From Candidatus Saccharimonadales bacterium (GTDB lineage Bacteria > Patescibacteriota > Saccharimonadia > Saccharimonadales > EFPC-124): a stretch of DNA of 15,973 bases. Position numbers and translations under genes: made by a program. The notes beneath the pieces were generated by a model. The model was not told where the DNA came from, did not search any database, and worked only from the letters and a program-made list of their open reading frames with translations. The DNA lies in contig DATEFF010000098.1 in the NCBI GenBank assembly GCA_035280785.1, forward strand, positions 1-15,973. The letters are read 5' to 3'. This document shows positions 6,956 to 14,893 of the stretch, piece after piece (position 1 is the stretch's first letter; every line of letters starts with the position of its first letter).

Positions 6956-8621
6956 TTTTAATCGAGAATTTTATGTCTACCTTTTTAGGGTCGTTCGGCG
7001 CACCGTTCACCCAGAAGGGCGAAAACTTGATGTCAACATTCTCAACATTTGGAATCTGATTCACGATAGCCTGGATCTCGCCGTAACGCTTTCCAGCAAC
7101 TTGCTTGGCCAGTGCGTCGGTGTCGATCTTGCTGCCGATGTAGCCGGTTGTGCTCAGACGAGCAGAGTACGTACCGTTATCAAACTTCTGGAAGTTACCG
7201 AAGGCAATGGAGTTACTGCCGTTGCTAAAGATACTTTGGTTTGGCTTGGTGTCTAGTGCAGACTTGAGCGCAGAATTCAGCATTTCGTTCACGTCCTTGC
7301 GGGCTAGACCCAGGAGTGTGTAGGTTGTTTCGACGGTCAATTTAGCCTGCTTGGCCTGTTCGTCAACGTTCGGGCTGACCGATGGACTGCCCTGGTCAAC
7401 CGTGAAGCTCTCGTCAATGATGATGTATTCGCCATTGAATTGCTTCTTCAACTGATCTTTTGCGGCGTTGTTGTCTTGGGCTGCAAGTTGCGTCTTTGCT
7501 TTGTCGACGTCTGCCTGGGAGACGACCGTGACGGTCTGCTTGTCGCCACCGCTCATGGCCGACCCGCTAGCATTGAGCGATGCGTAGCCAGTTACGCTGT
7601 AGGTCTGAGCTGGAACGTTATATTCGTTGCCAATGTCGGTCGCCTGGACCTGTACGCTTGCTTGACCGGGATGGATACTACCGCCCGAGACGCTGGCGCC
7701 AGGGACGGTAACGGCTGCGGAACTGGCAAACTTGTGACCGCTTGCACCCGTAAAGATTGTGCCAGCCGGGACAGACTTAGCGTCGCTGTCGAATGAGTTG
7801 GTGATCGTAACACTGCCTGTCGCTTTGTTGCCAATGTCTTTTGTGCCTGTGGCGGTGAAGTCAGCCGAAACGGACTTTTTGAGCTGCTGTGGGTTGGCCT
7901 TAAACTGAAGCTCAGTTGCCTTGCTGGCAGCCAGCTTAGGGTCAAGACTTAACGTCTGGTCGATACTAACAGAGGTAGTTTTAGCGCTAATTGTAACCGT
8001 TGCTCGTGGCGCAATCGCGAACATCCACCACAACAACACGATAAGCGCCACCGCGCCACCGCCGATAATGAAGAATTTTTTGCGGAACGAATTAAAGTTT
8101 GGCACCTTAATCAGCGACTTCATGTCTTTGCCCGGCTTTTTGGCGACAGCGCCAGCGCCCGCAGCGCCGCTCGGTTTGTTCATAGTGCGGAGGTCGATCT
8201 GCGAGCTAATATCGTCGGCTGCCGAGACAGAGGCAGGCTTTGCTTTGTCCGCGACTTCTGCAACACCTGCGGCCGCAGCCAACTCGCCTACTGGCAAGTC
8301 TTCACCGTTGATCACTTCTTCGTCGGCAACTTCTGGAGCGTCCATCTCTGGAATTTCTGGACGCGACTGAAGATTCTTGGCAACAGGGATCTTGAGGCCA
8401 GCAGCGAGTGCAGTCAGCGAGTGATCGCTCGTGATCAATACGACACGCTTATCGTTCTCTGTCGCGCTTTTAGTCAACAACTTGAGGTTAACGGCGCTCT
8501 GAAGCACACCAATTCGCTTTGGAGGAACAAGTGCGACGATTTTTGCGCCAGCTTCTTTTACCTTACCGATAATGCTGGTGATATCGTCTTCGATGTCGAT
8601 GTAGATTACATCTTTTTTCAT
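6942..8621 (-). CDS. 559-aa bitopic membrane protein of unknown function: cytoplasmic N-domain, Ala/acidic linker, one TM, large beta-rich outer domain
   Basis: N-domain MKKDVIYIDIEDDITSIIGKVKEAGAKIVALVPP.... Low-complexity residues about 96-170. TM segment FFIIGGGAVALIVLLWWMFAIAP. The outer domain is rich in T/S/V/G beta-like repeats (ATGSVTITNSFDSDAKSVPAGTIFT...). From memory it resembles proteins labelled baseplate J/gp47-like in CPR genomes, but I have not verified this. Confidence 0.7.
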   Translation of the reverse strand: MKKDVIYIDIEDDITSIIGKVKEAGAKIVALVPPKRIGVLQSAVNLKLLTKSATENDKRVVLITSDHSLTALAAGLKIPVAKNLQSRPEIPEMDAPEVADEEVINGEDLPVGELAAAAGVAEVADKAKPASVSAADDISSQIDLRTMNKPSGAAGAGAVAKKPGKDMKSLIKVPNFNSFRKKFFIIGGGAVALIVLLWWMFAIAPRATVTISAKTTSVSIDQTLSLDPKLAASKATELQFKANPQQLKKSVSADFTATGTKDIGNKATGSVTITNSFDSDAKSVPAGTIFTGASGHKFASSAAVTVPGASVSGGSIHPGQASVQVQATDIGNEYNVPAQTYSVTGYASLNASGSAMSGGDKQTVTVVSQADVDKAKTQLAAQDNNAAKDQLKKQFNGEYIIIDESFTVDQGSPSVSPNVDEQAKQAKLTVETTYTLLGLARKDVNEMLNSALKSALDTKPNQSIFSNGSNSIAFGNFQKFDNGTYSARLSTTGYIGSKIDTDALAKQVAGKRYGEIQAIVNQIPNVENVDIKFSPFWVNGAPNDPKKVDIKFSIKNDGK

Positions 8622-8626
8622 GAGTT

Positions 8627-9895
8627 TTACTGACTGAGGATTCGATTAAATTTGTCTTTTAGGCCATCGCCGCCTGTACTGCCTACAATCGTATCATATC
8701 CGACTCGCAGCAGGCCCATTGGCGTAATGAAGGTGTGATCTGTTACATCACCAGTCGTATCTGTTATACCAGCAACTTGGCTTGGCTGGATGCGTTGGAC
8801 CGTCGGCTTTTTGGTAAATGGCAGGTTTTTGTGCCAGTCTTGCTCCTCCAGAGCCTCGATAAGCTTGCTAAGGCTCGCGCCACCGCCACAGAGGAAGATG
8901 CGGTTGGGCAGGTGATCAATTGCGTCAAACTCGCCCAGGGCAAGCTCGACACCGTTGAGCCAGACTTCGAGCGTCTTATCAAGGGCGGTCGTGAGACCCT
9001 TCTTGATATCTGGCTTGAGGTTGGCTTCGTCGATGGACAACTTGAGCTTCTCGGCGTCTGTAAATGACACATCCAGCTCGGCGGCGATTGTCTTGGTAAA
9101 GCTACGCCCACCGATGCCAAACATCTTGGTTCCTTCGACGCCGCCGTCATTCACGACTGCGATGTCGGTCGTACCGCCACCGATGTCAGCCAAAATAGCT
9201 GTAAAGTTACTACTAGCGTCGACGCCCAAAACAGATCGACTAACAGCAAAAGGTTCGGCTGCAACGGCCAGCAGGTCGAGGTCGAGTTCGCTGGCGGTTC
9301 GCTCCAGCGCCCCAATGTGCACCATTGGCGCAAACGCCGTGTAGATCTGGATCGCCACGTCCTTACCCTGGAATCCAATCGGGTTGCTAATCTTGTAGCC
9401 ATCGATGTGAATGCTGACGATCGCGCTGTTAACCAGCTTGATCTCAACATCAGCATTGCCGGTCTCCCAGGCAATTTCCTTTTGGGCGCGAATCTGAGCA
9501 CGCTCTTGGACCTTCTCGATAATAAATTCCATCTCGGCCATGTCCAGCGGCTTGTCTGGCTGAGGTCGCTTGTAGCGGATAGTCTGCGTAACACCCTTCA
9601 CGAGCTCGCCAGCAATACCAATAACAGCGCGCTTGGCCTGGACGCCAGCTTGCTCCTCGGCGTCGCTGAGCGCCATCTCGCAATTACGGACAACACCGGC
9701 AATATCGGCAATCGCACCAGAGTGCATGTCGCTGAGTTCCTGATGTGCGCGGCCAACGCCAATAATCTTCAACTCGTCGCCTTCTACCCGAGCGATGAGT
9801 GCTTTGACATATTCAGTACCAATATCCAACGCTACGAGGTGTTGGTCACCACTGGAGGAACCTGGCAGCGCTGCCTTAAGTTTGTTGAGAATCAT
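8627..9895 (-). CDS. ftsA: Actin-fold ATPase, FtsA-like cell-division protein
   Basis: Phosphate-1 motif LVALDIGTEYVKALIA, phosphate-2/adenosine motif ILADIGGGTTDIAVV, and LCGGGASL near the C-terminus. FtsA-type inserted domain and a short C-terminal amphipathic tail (GLKDKFNRILSQ). Confidence 0.8.
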   Translation of the reverse strand: MILNKLKAALPGSSSGDQHLVALDIGTEYVKALIARVEGDELKIIGVGRAHQELSDMHSGAIADIAGVVRNCEMALSDAEEQAGVQAKRAVIGIAGELVKGVTQTIRYKRPQPDKPLDMAEMEFIIEKVQERAQIRAQKEIAWETGNADVEIKLVNSAIVSIHIDGYKISNPIGFQGKDVAIQIYTAFAPMVHIGALERTASELDLDLLAVAAEPFAVSRSVLGVDASSNFTAILADIGGGTTDIAVVNDGGVEGTKMFGIGGRSFTKTIAAELDVSFTDAEKLKLSIDEANLKPDIKKGLTTALDKTLEVWLNGVELALGEFDAIDHLPNRIFLCGGGASLSKLIEALEEQDWHKNLPFTKKPTVQRIQPSQVAGITDTTGDVTDHTFITPMGLLRVGYDTIVGSTGGDGLKDKFNRILSQ

Positions 9896-9955
9896 CTCGC
9901 TTAAGTATACAACATAACCACGGACGGTTTCTATAAGATCAGTTTGTTGCCTTGA

Positions 9956-9998
9956 CCTCCGGCCCGCATGCCCAGAATCGGGCGTGCGGGGCCGGAGG
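9956..9998 (-). terminator. Long GC-rich hairpin without U tract, downstream of the 10005-10280 ORF
   Basis: CCTCCGGCCCGCATGCCC - AGAAT - CGGGCGTGCGGGGCCGGAGG. This is about 17 bp with one bulge and one G-U pair, starting 7 nt after the stop codon. Confidence 0.45.
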
Positions 9999-10004
9999 CC
10001 ACCA

Positions 10005-10280
10005 TCAGCAGGTCATGGCGTAGGGACGGTAGGTGCCCGGGCTCACGACCTCTTGGAGCGCACCGCCCTTGGCCAGAACGACCTTGGGCTTGGGACTGGC
10101 GATCCGGGCGGCGTCCAGTGCGACGCGCTCGCTCGCGGAGGCCAGGATGACCAGGGCGAACTCCCCGCCAGAGAGTTCGTGCATCAGGCCGTACAGCTCC
10201 TCCTCGGTCTCCACCTGGGCCGTCTGAACACTGCGCACCCCTCGCGGCGCCTCGCCCACTCCGTAAACCACGACTTTCAT
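10005..10280 (-). CDS. Hypothetical 91-aa protein encoded in GC-rich DNA
   Basis: The third codon position is 18/20 G/C in 10081-10140 for this frame. GAGGAG lies 9 nt upstream of the ATG. The sequence MKVVVYGVG...EEELYGLMHELSGGEFALVILASASERVALDAARIA... has a loose, unverified resemblance to small alpha/beta proteins such as V-ATPase subunit F. Confidence 0.65.
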   Translation of the reverse strand: MKVVVYGVGEAPRGVRSVQTAQVETEEELYGLMHELSGGEFALVILASASERVALDAARIASPKPKVVLAKGGALQEVVSPGTYRPYAMTC

Positions 10281-10353
10281 CGCTAATCACTCCTCGCTGA
10301 GTGCCTGTGCTGACAATACTTATTATAGCGCCTTACTACCCCTGTTACGAGTG

Positions 10354-10361
10354 CTTATGTT
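10354..10361. repeat. Target-site duplication CTTATGTT (left copy)
   Basis: Identical 8-mer at 14918-14925. Each copy directly abuts a terminal inverted repeat. Confidence 0.8.
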
Positions 10362-10385
10362 CGCGAGTATCCCTTGACGTCATGG
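10362..10385 (+). repeat. Left terminal inverted repeat CGCGAGTATCCCTTGACGTCATGG
   Basis: It matches the reverse complement of 14894-14917 (GGCGAATATCCCTTTACGTCATGG) at 21/24 positions. It contains TTGACG, which could serve as the -35 for the transposase, with TACACT 17 nt downstream. Confidence 0.8.
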
Positions 10386-10409
10386 AACATATGAGATACA
10401 CTTAGAGTA

Positions 10410-11276
10410 ATGAAGGCTCCACGCTACACCATCGACACCCTGCACCAACAATTTCCTGACGATGACGCTTGCCTGGACTACATGTTTCAAAAGCAATATG
10501 GCGAACTAAAAGCCTGCCCGAAGTGCGGCGTAGTTAGCCCTAGATACTACCGTGTGCGGAACCGCAAATGCTATGAGTGTAACGACTGCGGCTACCAACT
10601 AAGTCCACTGGCTAACACTATCTTTCACAAGTCCGATACCCCGCTCAAGAAGTGGTTCTATGCCATCTATCTATTCGGCGTCGGTAAGAACGGCGTCAGT
10701 GCCAAAGAAATAGAACGACATCTCGGCGTTACCTACAAAACTGCTTGGCGCATGGCAAAACAAATTCGTCTCATGATGCAGCAAAACGGCAGCATACTGT
10801 CCGGCATCGTCGAAGCTGATGAAACATATATCGGTGGTAAGGCTAAACTTGATCGGAAGTTTAATAATAAGACCGCTGTAGTCGGGATTGTTGAAAAGAA
10901 GAAAGGTATCGGCCAAGTCAAAGCCTTTACCACAAAACAAGCAGATGCAACCGTGACGCTGCCGTTCCTTCGAGCTAATATTGAAGCCGGTTCAATCTTG
11001 CATACAGATGACAGCCGTATTTACTCGCGAGTTAAACGAGACTTCGCCCACGCATTCGTCAACCACAGCAAGCTAGAGTATGTAAGATCCGGCGTCCACA
11101 CCAACACTATTGAAGGCTTTTGGGGTCAGCTCAAACGCTCCCTAGACGGAACATACCACTGCGTTAGTCCGAAGTATCTTCAGTATTACGTGAACGAGTT
11201 TGTGTATCGGTATAATCATCGCGACGTGGCTGCTTTTCCTGCTTTGATGGAAGCGGCTGTGCGGCGCGTTCAATAG
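10410..11276 (+). CDS. IS1595-family (ISXO2-like) DDE transposase with N-terminal zinc ribbon
   Basis: Zinc ribbon CPKCG...CYECNDCG. HTH-like segment GVSAKEIERHLGVTYKTAWRMAKQIR. Catalytic motifs VEADETYIGG, LHTDDSRIY and HTNTIEGFWGQLKR, followed by YVNEFVYRYNHR. Confidence 0.92.
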   Translation: MKAPRYTIDTLHQQFPDDDACLDYMFQKQYGELKACPKCGVVSPRYYRVRNRKCYECNDCGYQLSPLANTIFHKSDTPLKKWFYAIYLFGVGKNGVSAKEIERHLGVTYKTAWRMAKQIRLMMQQNGSILSGIVEADETYIGGKAKLDRKFNNKTAVVGIVEKKKGIGQVKAFTTKQADATVTLPFLRANIEAGSILHTDDSRIYSRVKRDFAHAFVNHSKLEYVRSGVHTNTIEGFWGQLKRSLDGTYHCVSPKYLQYYVNEFVYRYNHRDVAAFPALMEAAVRRVQ

Positions 11277-11617
11277 TCTCCTCAACATCTTTTTGAACAT
11301 TGGGGTTACGCTCGGAGTCAGGTAGCGACTCCTCGTACTTCTTGATACTTTTTCGGATTTCTTCGTCAGATTTATCAGGCATATCTATATTTTAGAATGT
11401 TTGCCCTTATCCGTAATAAGTGTCAGTAGATTGTATCTGTTACAGGCGTTAGAATATTCTCCTAAGCAGAAACCTAACATAAGATAATTACAGGTATATA
11501 TGGACTAGATTATCGTAACCGAAGATACCCTTTTCGAGCATATCTTTATCTGTTAATCACTTTTTCTTTTCTTCTTCCTTTTATATATACTATATACAGA
11601 AACTATTACTTACCCAT

Positions 11618-12463
11618 ATGCCAGTAAATACAGTAACTCGAACAAGCAAGAATCCTACGAGTAAACAACTAGCAGTCTTAAAATTATTGTATCGATTTAG
11701 ATTTGGTACTACCGACTTATTAGCAAGAAGTTTAGATTTAAAAGATGGTAGGTATATTCATACAAGGTTAGAAGCATTAGTAAGTCAGGGATATATTGGC
11801 AAGAACTACGACAGCAGCTATAAGCTGGACGGCAAGCCAGCAACATACTACCTACTGCCAAAAGCATTTAAGGCACTCAGACGGCAGCACAAAGTTACCG
11901 GCAAAGAACTATCCGACAAAACTCTGCGAAACGCCTACAAGGACAAAGAGGCCTCCAATGAGTTCATTGACCGCAAGCTCGCAGTATTCACCATCTACGA
12001 CAAGCTACGAGCCACACATGGCACAAGCCTGAAGCTCTGGACGAAAGACCAGCTCAATTTCGACAAGTATGATTACTTCCCGCAGCCAAAGCCTGATACT
12101 TACTTAACCATTTTGCCGGAAGGCATACGACCCCGCGAACGGTGCTTCTTTTTGAACTACTTGGACGACGATACGCCATTCTTTGTGCATGTGCGGCGAT
12201 TACAAAAGTACATTGATTACGTCGAAGCCAGGGAATGGGAAGATGCGACTAACTCAAAGCTGCGCGGCGTACTGCTCGTTTGCGAATCCACCAGTCTGCT
12301 CAAACGTATTCGTAAAAAGCTGGCTCAAGCAGTAGACGAAGACGAAACGCCACGGTTTTGCTACACAACACTACAGGCGCTCACAAACACCACGCCAGAA
12401 GATGACGAGGTGTGGCAGATGATTGGGAAGCCATTGGAAGTGTTTGGGTTAAAGGATATTTAG
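11618..12463 (+). CDS. Replication-relaxation (Replic_Relax) family protein, wHTH plus nuclease-like core
   Basis: N-terminal wHTH pattern (LAVLKLLYRFRFGTTDLLARSL...RLEALVSQGYIGK...YYLLPKAFKAL). Downstream motifs W..DQL...PKPDTYLTI and FFLNYLDDDTP are typical of this plasmid/ICE-associated family. Confidence 0.75.
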   Translation: MPVNTVTRTSKNPTSKQLAVLKLLYRFRFGTTDLLARSLDLKDGRYIHTRLEALVSQGYIGKNYDSSYKLDGKPATYYLLPKAFKALRRQHKVTGKELSDKTLRNAYKDKEASNEFIDRKLAVFTIYDKLRATHGTSLKLWTKDQLNFDKYDYFPQPKPDTYLTILPEGIRPRERCFFLNYLDDDTPFFVHVRRLQKYIDYVEAREWEDATNSKLRGVLLVCESTSLLKRIRKKLAQAVDEDETPRFCYTTLQALTNTTPEDDEVWQMIGKPLEVFGLKDI

Positions 12464-12532
12464 TAACTCAGCTTTGCGAAGCAAGGCGGAGTTGGCCTGT
12501 CCCCAGAAACCAGGATAGTATTTACTTAGGCA

Positions 12533-12561
12533 TTGACCTAATTAAGTCAATAACTTATAGT
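12533..12561 (+). promoter_or_regulatory. Promoter TTGACC - 17 nt - TATAGT overlapped by an 18-bp palindromic operator (TTGACCTAATTAAGTCAA)
   Basis: The palindrome at 12533-12550 is 16/18 self-complementary. The -10 lies at 12556-12561 and the ATG at 12568, only 6 nt after the -10, so the mRNA would be leaderless. Confidence 0.55.
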
Positions 12562-12567
12562 TGCAAT

Positions 12568-12888
12568 ATGAATCCATTTATCGCCTTGGCCGATCCGACA
12601 CGTCTCAAAATATTTGAGTTGATTGCCCAGGGTGAGAGAAGCGTGGGCGAAATCGCGCGGCAGTTTACCTTTAAAGCACCTACTATCTCGCAACATTTGC
12701 GTATTTTAAAGCAAGCCAAACTCGTGCATGTCCGGGCGGAAGCTCAAAAACGGCTATACACGGTCGACCAAACGGGGCTGCAAGAAATGCAGCTTTGGCT
12801 GGCTCGCATGCAGCGCGAATGGAACAGCCACCTGGATGCGCTAGAGCATGCTTTGCAAGAAAATAAACGTAACCAAAAGGAGATATAA
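12568..12888 (+). CDS. ArsR/SmtB-family metalloregulator-type transcriptional repressor
   Basis: MNPFIALADPTRLKIFELIAQGERSVGEIARQFTFKAPTISQHLRILKQAKLV is the canonical ArsR wHTH. The start is taken at the internal ATG at 12568 because the upstream part of the ORF covers the promoter. Confidence 0.88.
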   Translation: MNPFIALADPTRLKIFELIAQGERSVGEIARQFTFKAPTISQHLRILKQAKLVHVRAEAQKRLYTVDQTGLQEMQLWLARMQREWNSHLDALEHALQENKRNQKEI

Positions 12889-13317
12889 ATGTCAGAAATT
12901 ACTAACCCATTCGTCATAGAGCGGCTTATGGACGCGCCTGCTGATCAAGTCTGGAAAGCGCTTACCGACATCGCAACACTCAAGCAATGGCTGCCGTTCT
13001 TTCCTGATTTCAAGCCTGAGATAGGTTTTGAGACGCGTTTTATGCTTGGTCCTGAGGGGCACGAATATGAGCATGTGTGCCAGGTCACCGAGGCCGAGGC
13101 AGAAAAAAAACTTACCTACAGCTGGCGTTATAGAGGCTATCCAGGTGACGCATATGTAACCTATGAACTTGTGCCGCAAGGCAGTAAAACCAAGGTCATT
13201 CTTACCTACCGCATTACCGAGCCCTTCCCAGCCGACAACCCGGACTTTAAGCCAGAAATGGCCGCCGAGGGCTGGAACTTCACCCTTGATAACCTCAAAA
13301 AGTTCGTTGAGGCGTAG
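12889..13317 (+). CDS. SRPBCC / AHSA1 (Aha1-like) domain protein
   Basis: ERLMDAPADQVWKALTDIATLKQW...YSWRY...YVTYELVPQGSKTKVILT...GWNFTLDNLKKFVE fits the SRPBCC fold family that is very often paired with ArsR. The ATG immediately follows the ArsR stop codon. Confidence 0.8.
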   Translation: MSEITNPFVIERLMDAPADQVWKALTDIATLKQWLPFFPDFKPEIGFETRFMLGPEGHEYEHVCQVTEAEAEKKLTYSWRYRGYPGDAYVTYELVPQGSKTKVILTYRITEPFPADNPDFKPEMAAEGWNFTLDNLKKFVEA

Positions 13318-13323
13318 ACCTTC

Positions 13324-14826
13324 ATGGCATCACAAAAAGCTACTAATAAAGAGTGGGCCGGGCTTGGTATACTTGGGCTTACCTCGCTCGTAGTCGCTGT
13401 TGATTTGTTCGTCGTGCTTTTGGCGCTGCCCAAGATTGCTACCGACCTGCATGCCAGCGCTACGCAGTTGCTTTGGATCACCGACATATATGGCTTTTTG
13501 TTGGCCGGCTTCATGATAACCATGGGTACACTGGGTGACCGCATCGGGCGGCGTAAAGTGTTAATGATGGGCAGCGCGGCCTTCGCGGCCACATCCCTTC
13601 TGGTGGCGTTTTCGCAGAGCACCGGTATGCTCATCCTTGCCAGAGCGTTGCTTGGTATAGCCGGTGCTATGATAGCGCCGGCTGCGCTATCGCTTATTCG
13701 GCATATGTTTGCCGACCCCAAAGAAAATGCGCGCGCTATTGGCATCTGGTTGAGTTGCTTAATGGGCGGTTCGATTTTGGGGCCGATTGTGGGAGGCCTT
13801 TTGCTGCAGCATTTCTGGTGGGGGTCGGTTTTCCTGGTAGGCGTGCCGCCGATGTTGCTCGCCCTGGTGCTGGGCCGAAAATTTTTGCCGGAGTATAAAA
13901 ATCCGCACGCTGGAAAACTGCACATACCCAGCGTCCTGCTGTCGCTGGCCGCAATCTTATCACTTATGTATGGCATTAAGGAGTTGGCCGCCTACGGCTG
14001 GAGCACCCTGGCCGCCCTAGCATTAGCCGTGGGAATATTCTGTAGCATATGGTTCATTCGCCAACAGGCAAAGCTGGCCAATCCTCTTCTGGACCTATCT
14101 CTGTTTAAAAAGCCGGCATTTACCATCATGCTGACAGCCATGCTGGTTAATACCATGCTGCCTGGCGGCGTCATGGTGCTGACGACGCAATTTATGCAGC
14201 TTGTAGCCGGCCTATCCCCGTTGCAGGCGGGGTTATGGATGATTCCAGCTATGCTCGCATCTATTGTTGGGTTTATGGCCTCCCCCCGTTTGGCGCAAAA
14301 AGTAGCACCCCGATACCTTATAGCACTCGGTCTTTGCTGCTCGATTGTAGGGATGCTGATACTTTGCCTGACACGTGTAGACGGAACCATTACGCCGCTG
14401 ATTATTGGTTTTGCGCTTTTCAATTTGGGCGCAGGGCCGCTCGTCACGCTCGGCACAGGTATTGTTATCGGTACCGCACCGCCTGAGAAGGCTGGGGCGG
14501 CTGCGGCGCTATCACAAACCAGCAATGAGTTCGGCTTTGCCCTTGGCATAGGAATTGTCGGCAGTATTGGGACGGCCGTGTATCACCACGCACTTGGGAC
14601 GCTACCCTCGGAGCTTCCTGGAGGCGTAGCTTATAGCGTACAGGACACGCTTGCCTCAGCGGCCAAGGCGGTACAATCACTGCCAGAGCCTCTTAGCACC
14701 TCTGTACTTCACACTGCCCAAAACGCATTCGTGCAGGAATATCATATAGCCGCACTGCTGAGTGGAGGCGTACTGGCTATAGTAGCAGCGGTTATTGTCT
14801 TGAAGCTAAGGGTGAAGCAAAGCTAG
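13324..14826 (+). CDS. MFS transporter, DHA2 (EmrB/QacA-like, 14-TMS) drug:H+ antiporter family
   Basis: 500 aa with about 14 hydrophobic segments. MFS motif A is GTLGDRIGRRKVLMMG. The DHA2-type N-terminus is LVVAVDLFVVLLALPKIATDLHAS...LLWITDIYGF. Confidence 0.9.
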   Translation: MASQKATNKEWAGLGILGLTSLVVAVDLFVVLLALPKIATDLHASATQLLWITDIYGFLLAGFMITMGTLGDRIGRRKVLMMGSAAFAATSLLVAFSQSTGMLILARALLGIAGAMIAPAALSLIRHMFADPKENARAIGIWLSCLMGGSILGPIVGGLLLQHFWWGSVFLVGVPPMLLALVLGRKFLPEYKNPHAGKLHIPSVLLSLAAILSLMYGIKELAAYGWSTLAALALAVGIFCSIWFIRQQAKLANPLLDLSLFKKPAFTIMLTAMLVNTMLPGGVMVLTTQFMQLVAGLSPLQAGLWMIPAMLASIVGFMASPRLAQKVAPRYLIALGLCCSIVGMLILCLTRVDGTITPLIIGFALFNLGAGPLVTLGTGIVIGTAPPEKAGAAAALSQTSNEFGFALGIGIVGSIGTAVYHHALGTLPSELPGGVAYSVQDTLASAAKAVQSLPEPLSTSVLHTAQNAFVQEYHIAALLSGGVLAIVAAVIVLKLRVKQS

Positions 14827-14850
14827 TATCCACTAGCTTTGCTCTTTTTA
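14816..14850 (+). terminator. Intrinsic terminator of the MFS gene
   Basis: AGCAAAGCTAGT - ATCC - ACTAGCTTTGCT, a 12-bp perfect stem overlapping the stop codon, followed by CTTTTTA. Confidence 0.8.
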
Positions 14851-14893
14851 GTCATTTTCTGTAGCAAGTTGCTTTATCTCCGTCGAAAGTTAC

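Noticed and set aside
8735-9904. Plus- and minus-strand alternative-frame ORFs inside ftsA (e.g. 9317-9904, 8955-9344, 9151-9594)
   Set aside because: They overlap a well-supported actin-fold ATPase gene and show no recognisable motifs. They are typical overlapping-frame noise.
10339-11305. Weak inverted similarity (CCCCTGTTACGAG... versus ...CTCAACATCTTTTTGAACATTGGGG) that would define a minimal 967-bp IS around the transposase
   Set aside because: The match is only patchy, with gaps and no flanking direct repeat. The 21/24 inverted repeat with an exact 8-bp duplication at 10362 and 14917 is far stronger.
12412-12567. Upstream extension of the ArsR ORF (ATG at 12412), overlapping the end of the replication-relaxation gene
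   Set aside because: The extension covers the promoter and operator and has no ArsR-like sequence. ArsR homology begins at MNPFIALADPTRLKIF (12568).
13206-14549. Minus-strand ORFs of 256 aa (13206-13976) and 185 aa (13992-14549) antisense to the MFS gene
   Set aside because: The plus frame gives a textbook 14-TMS DHA2 transporter with motif A. The antisense products are low-complexity (A/S/P/I-rich) mirror ORFs.
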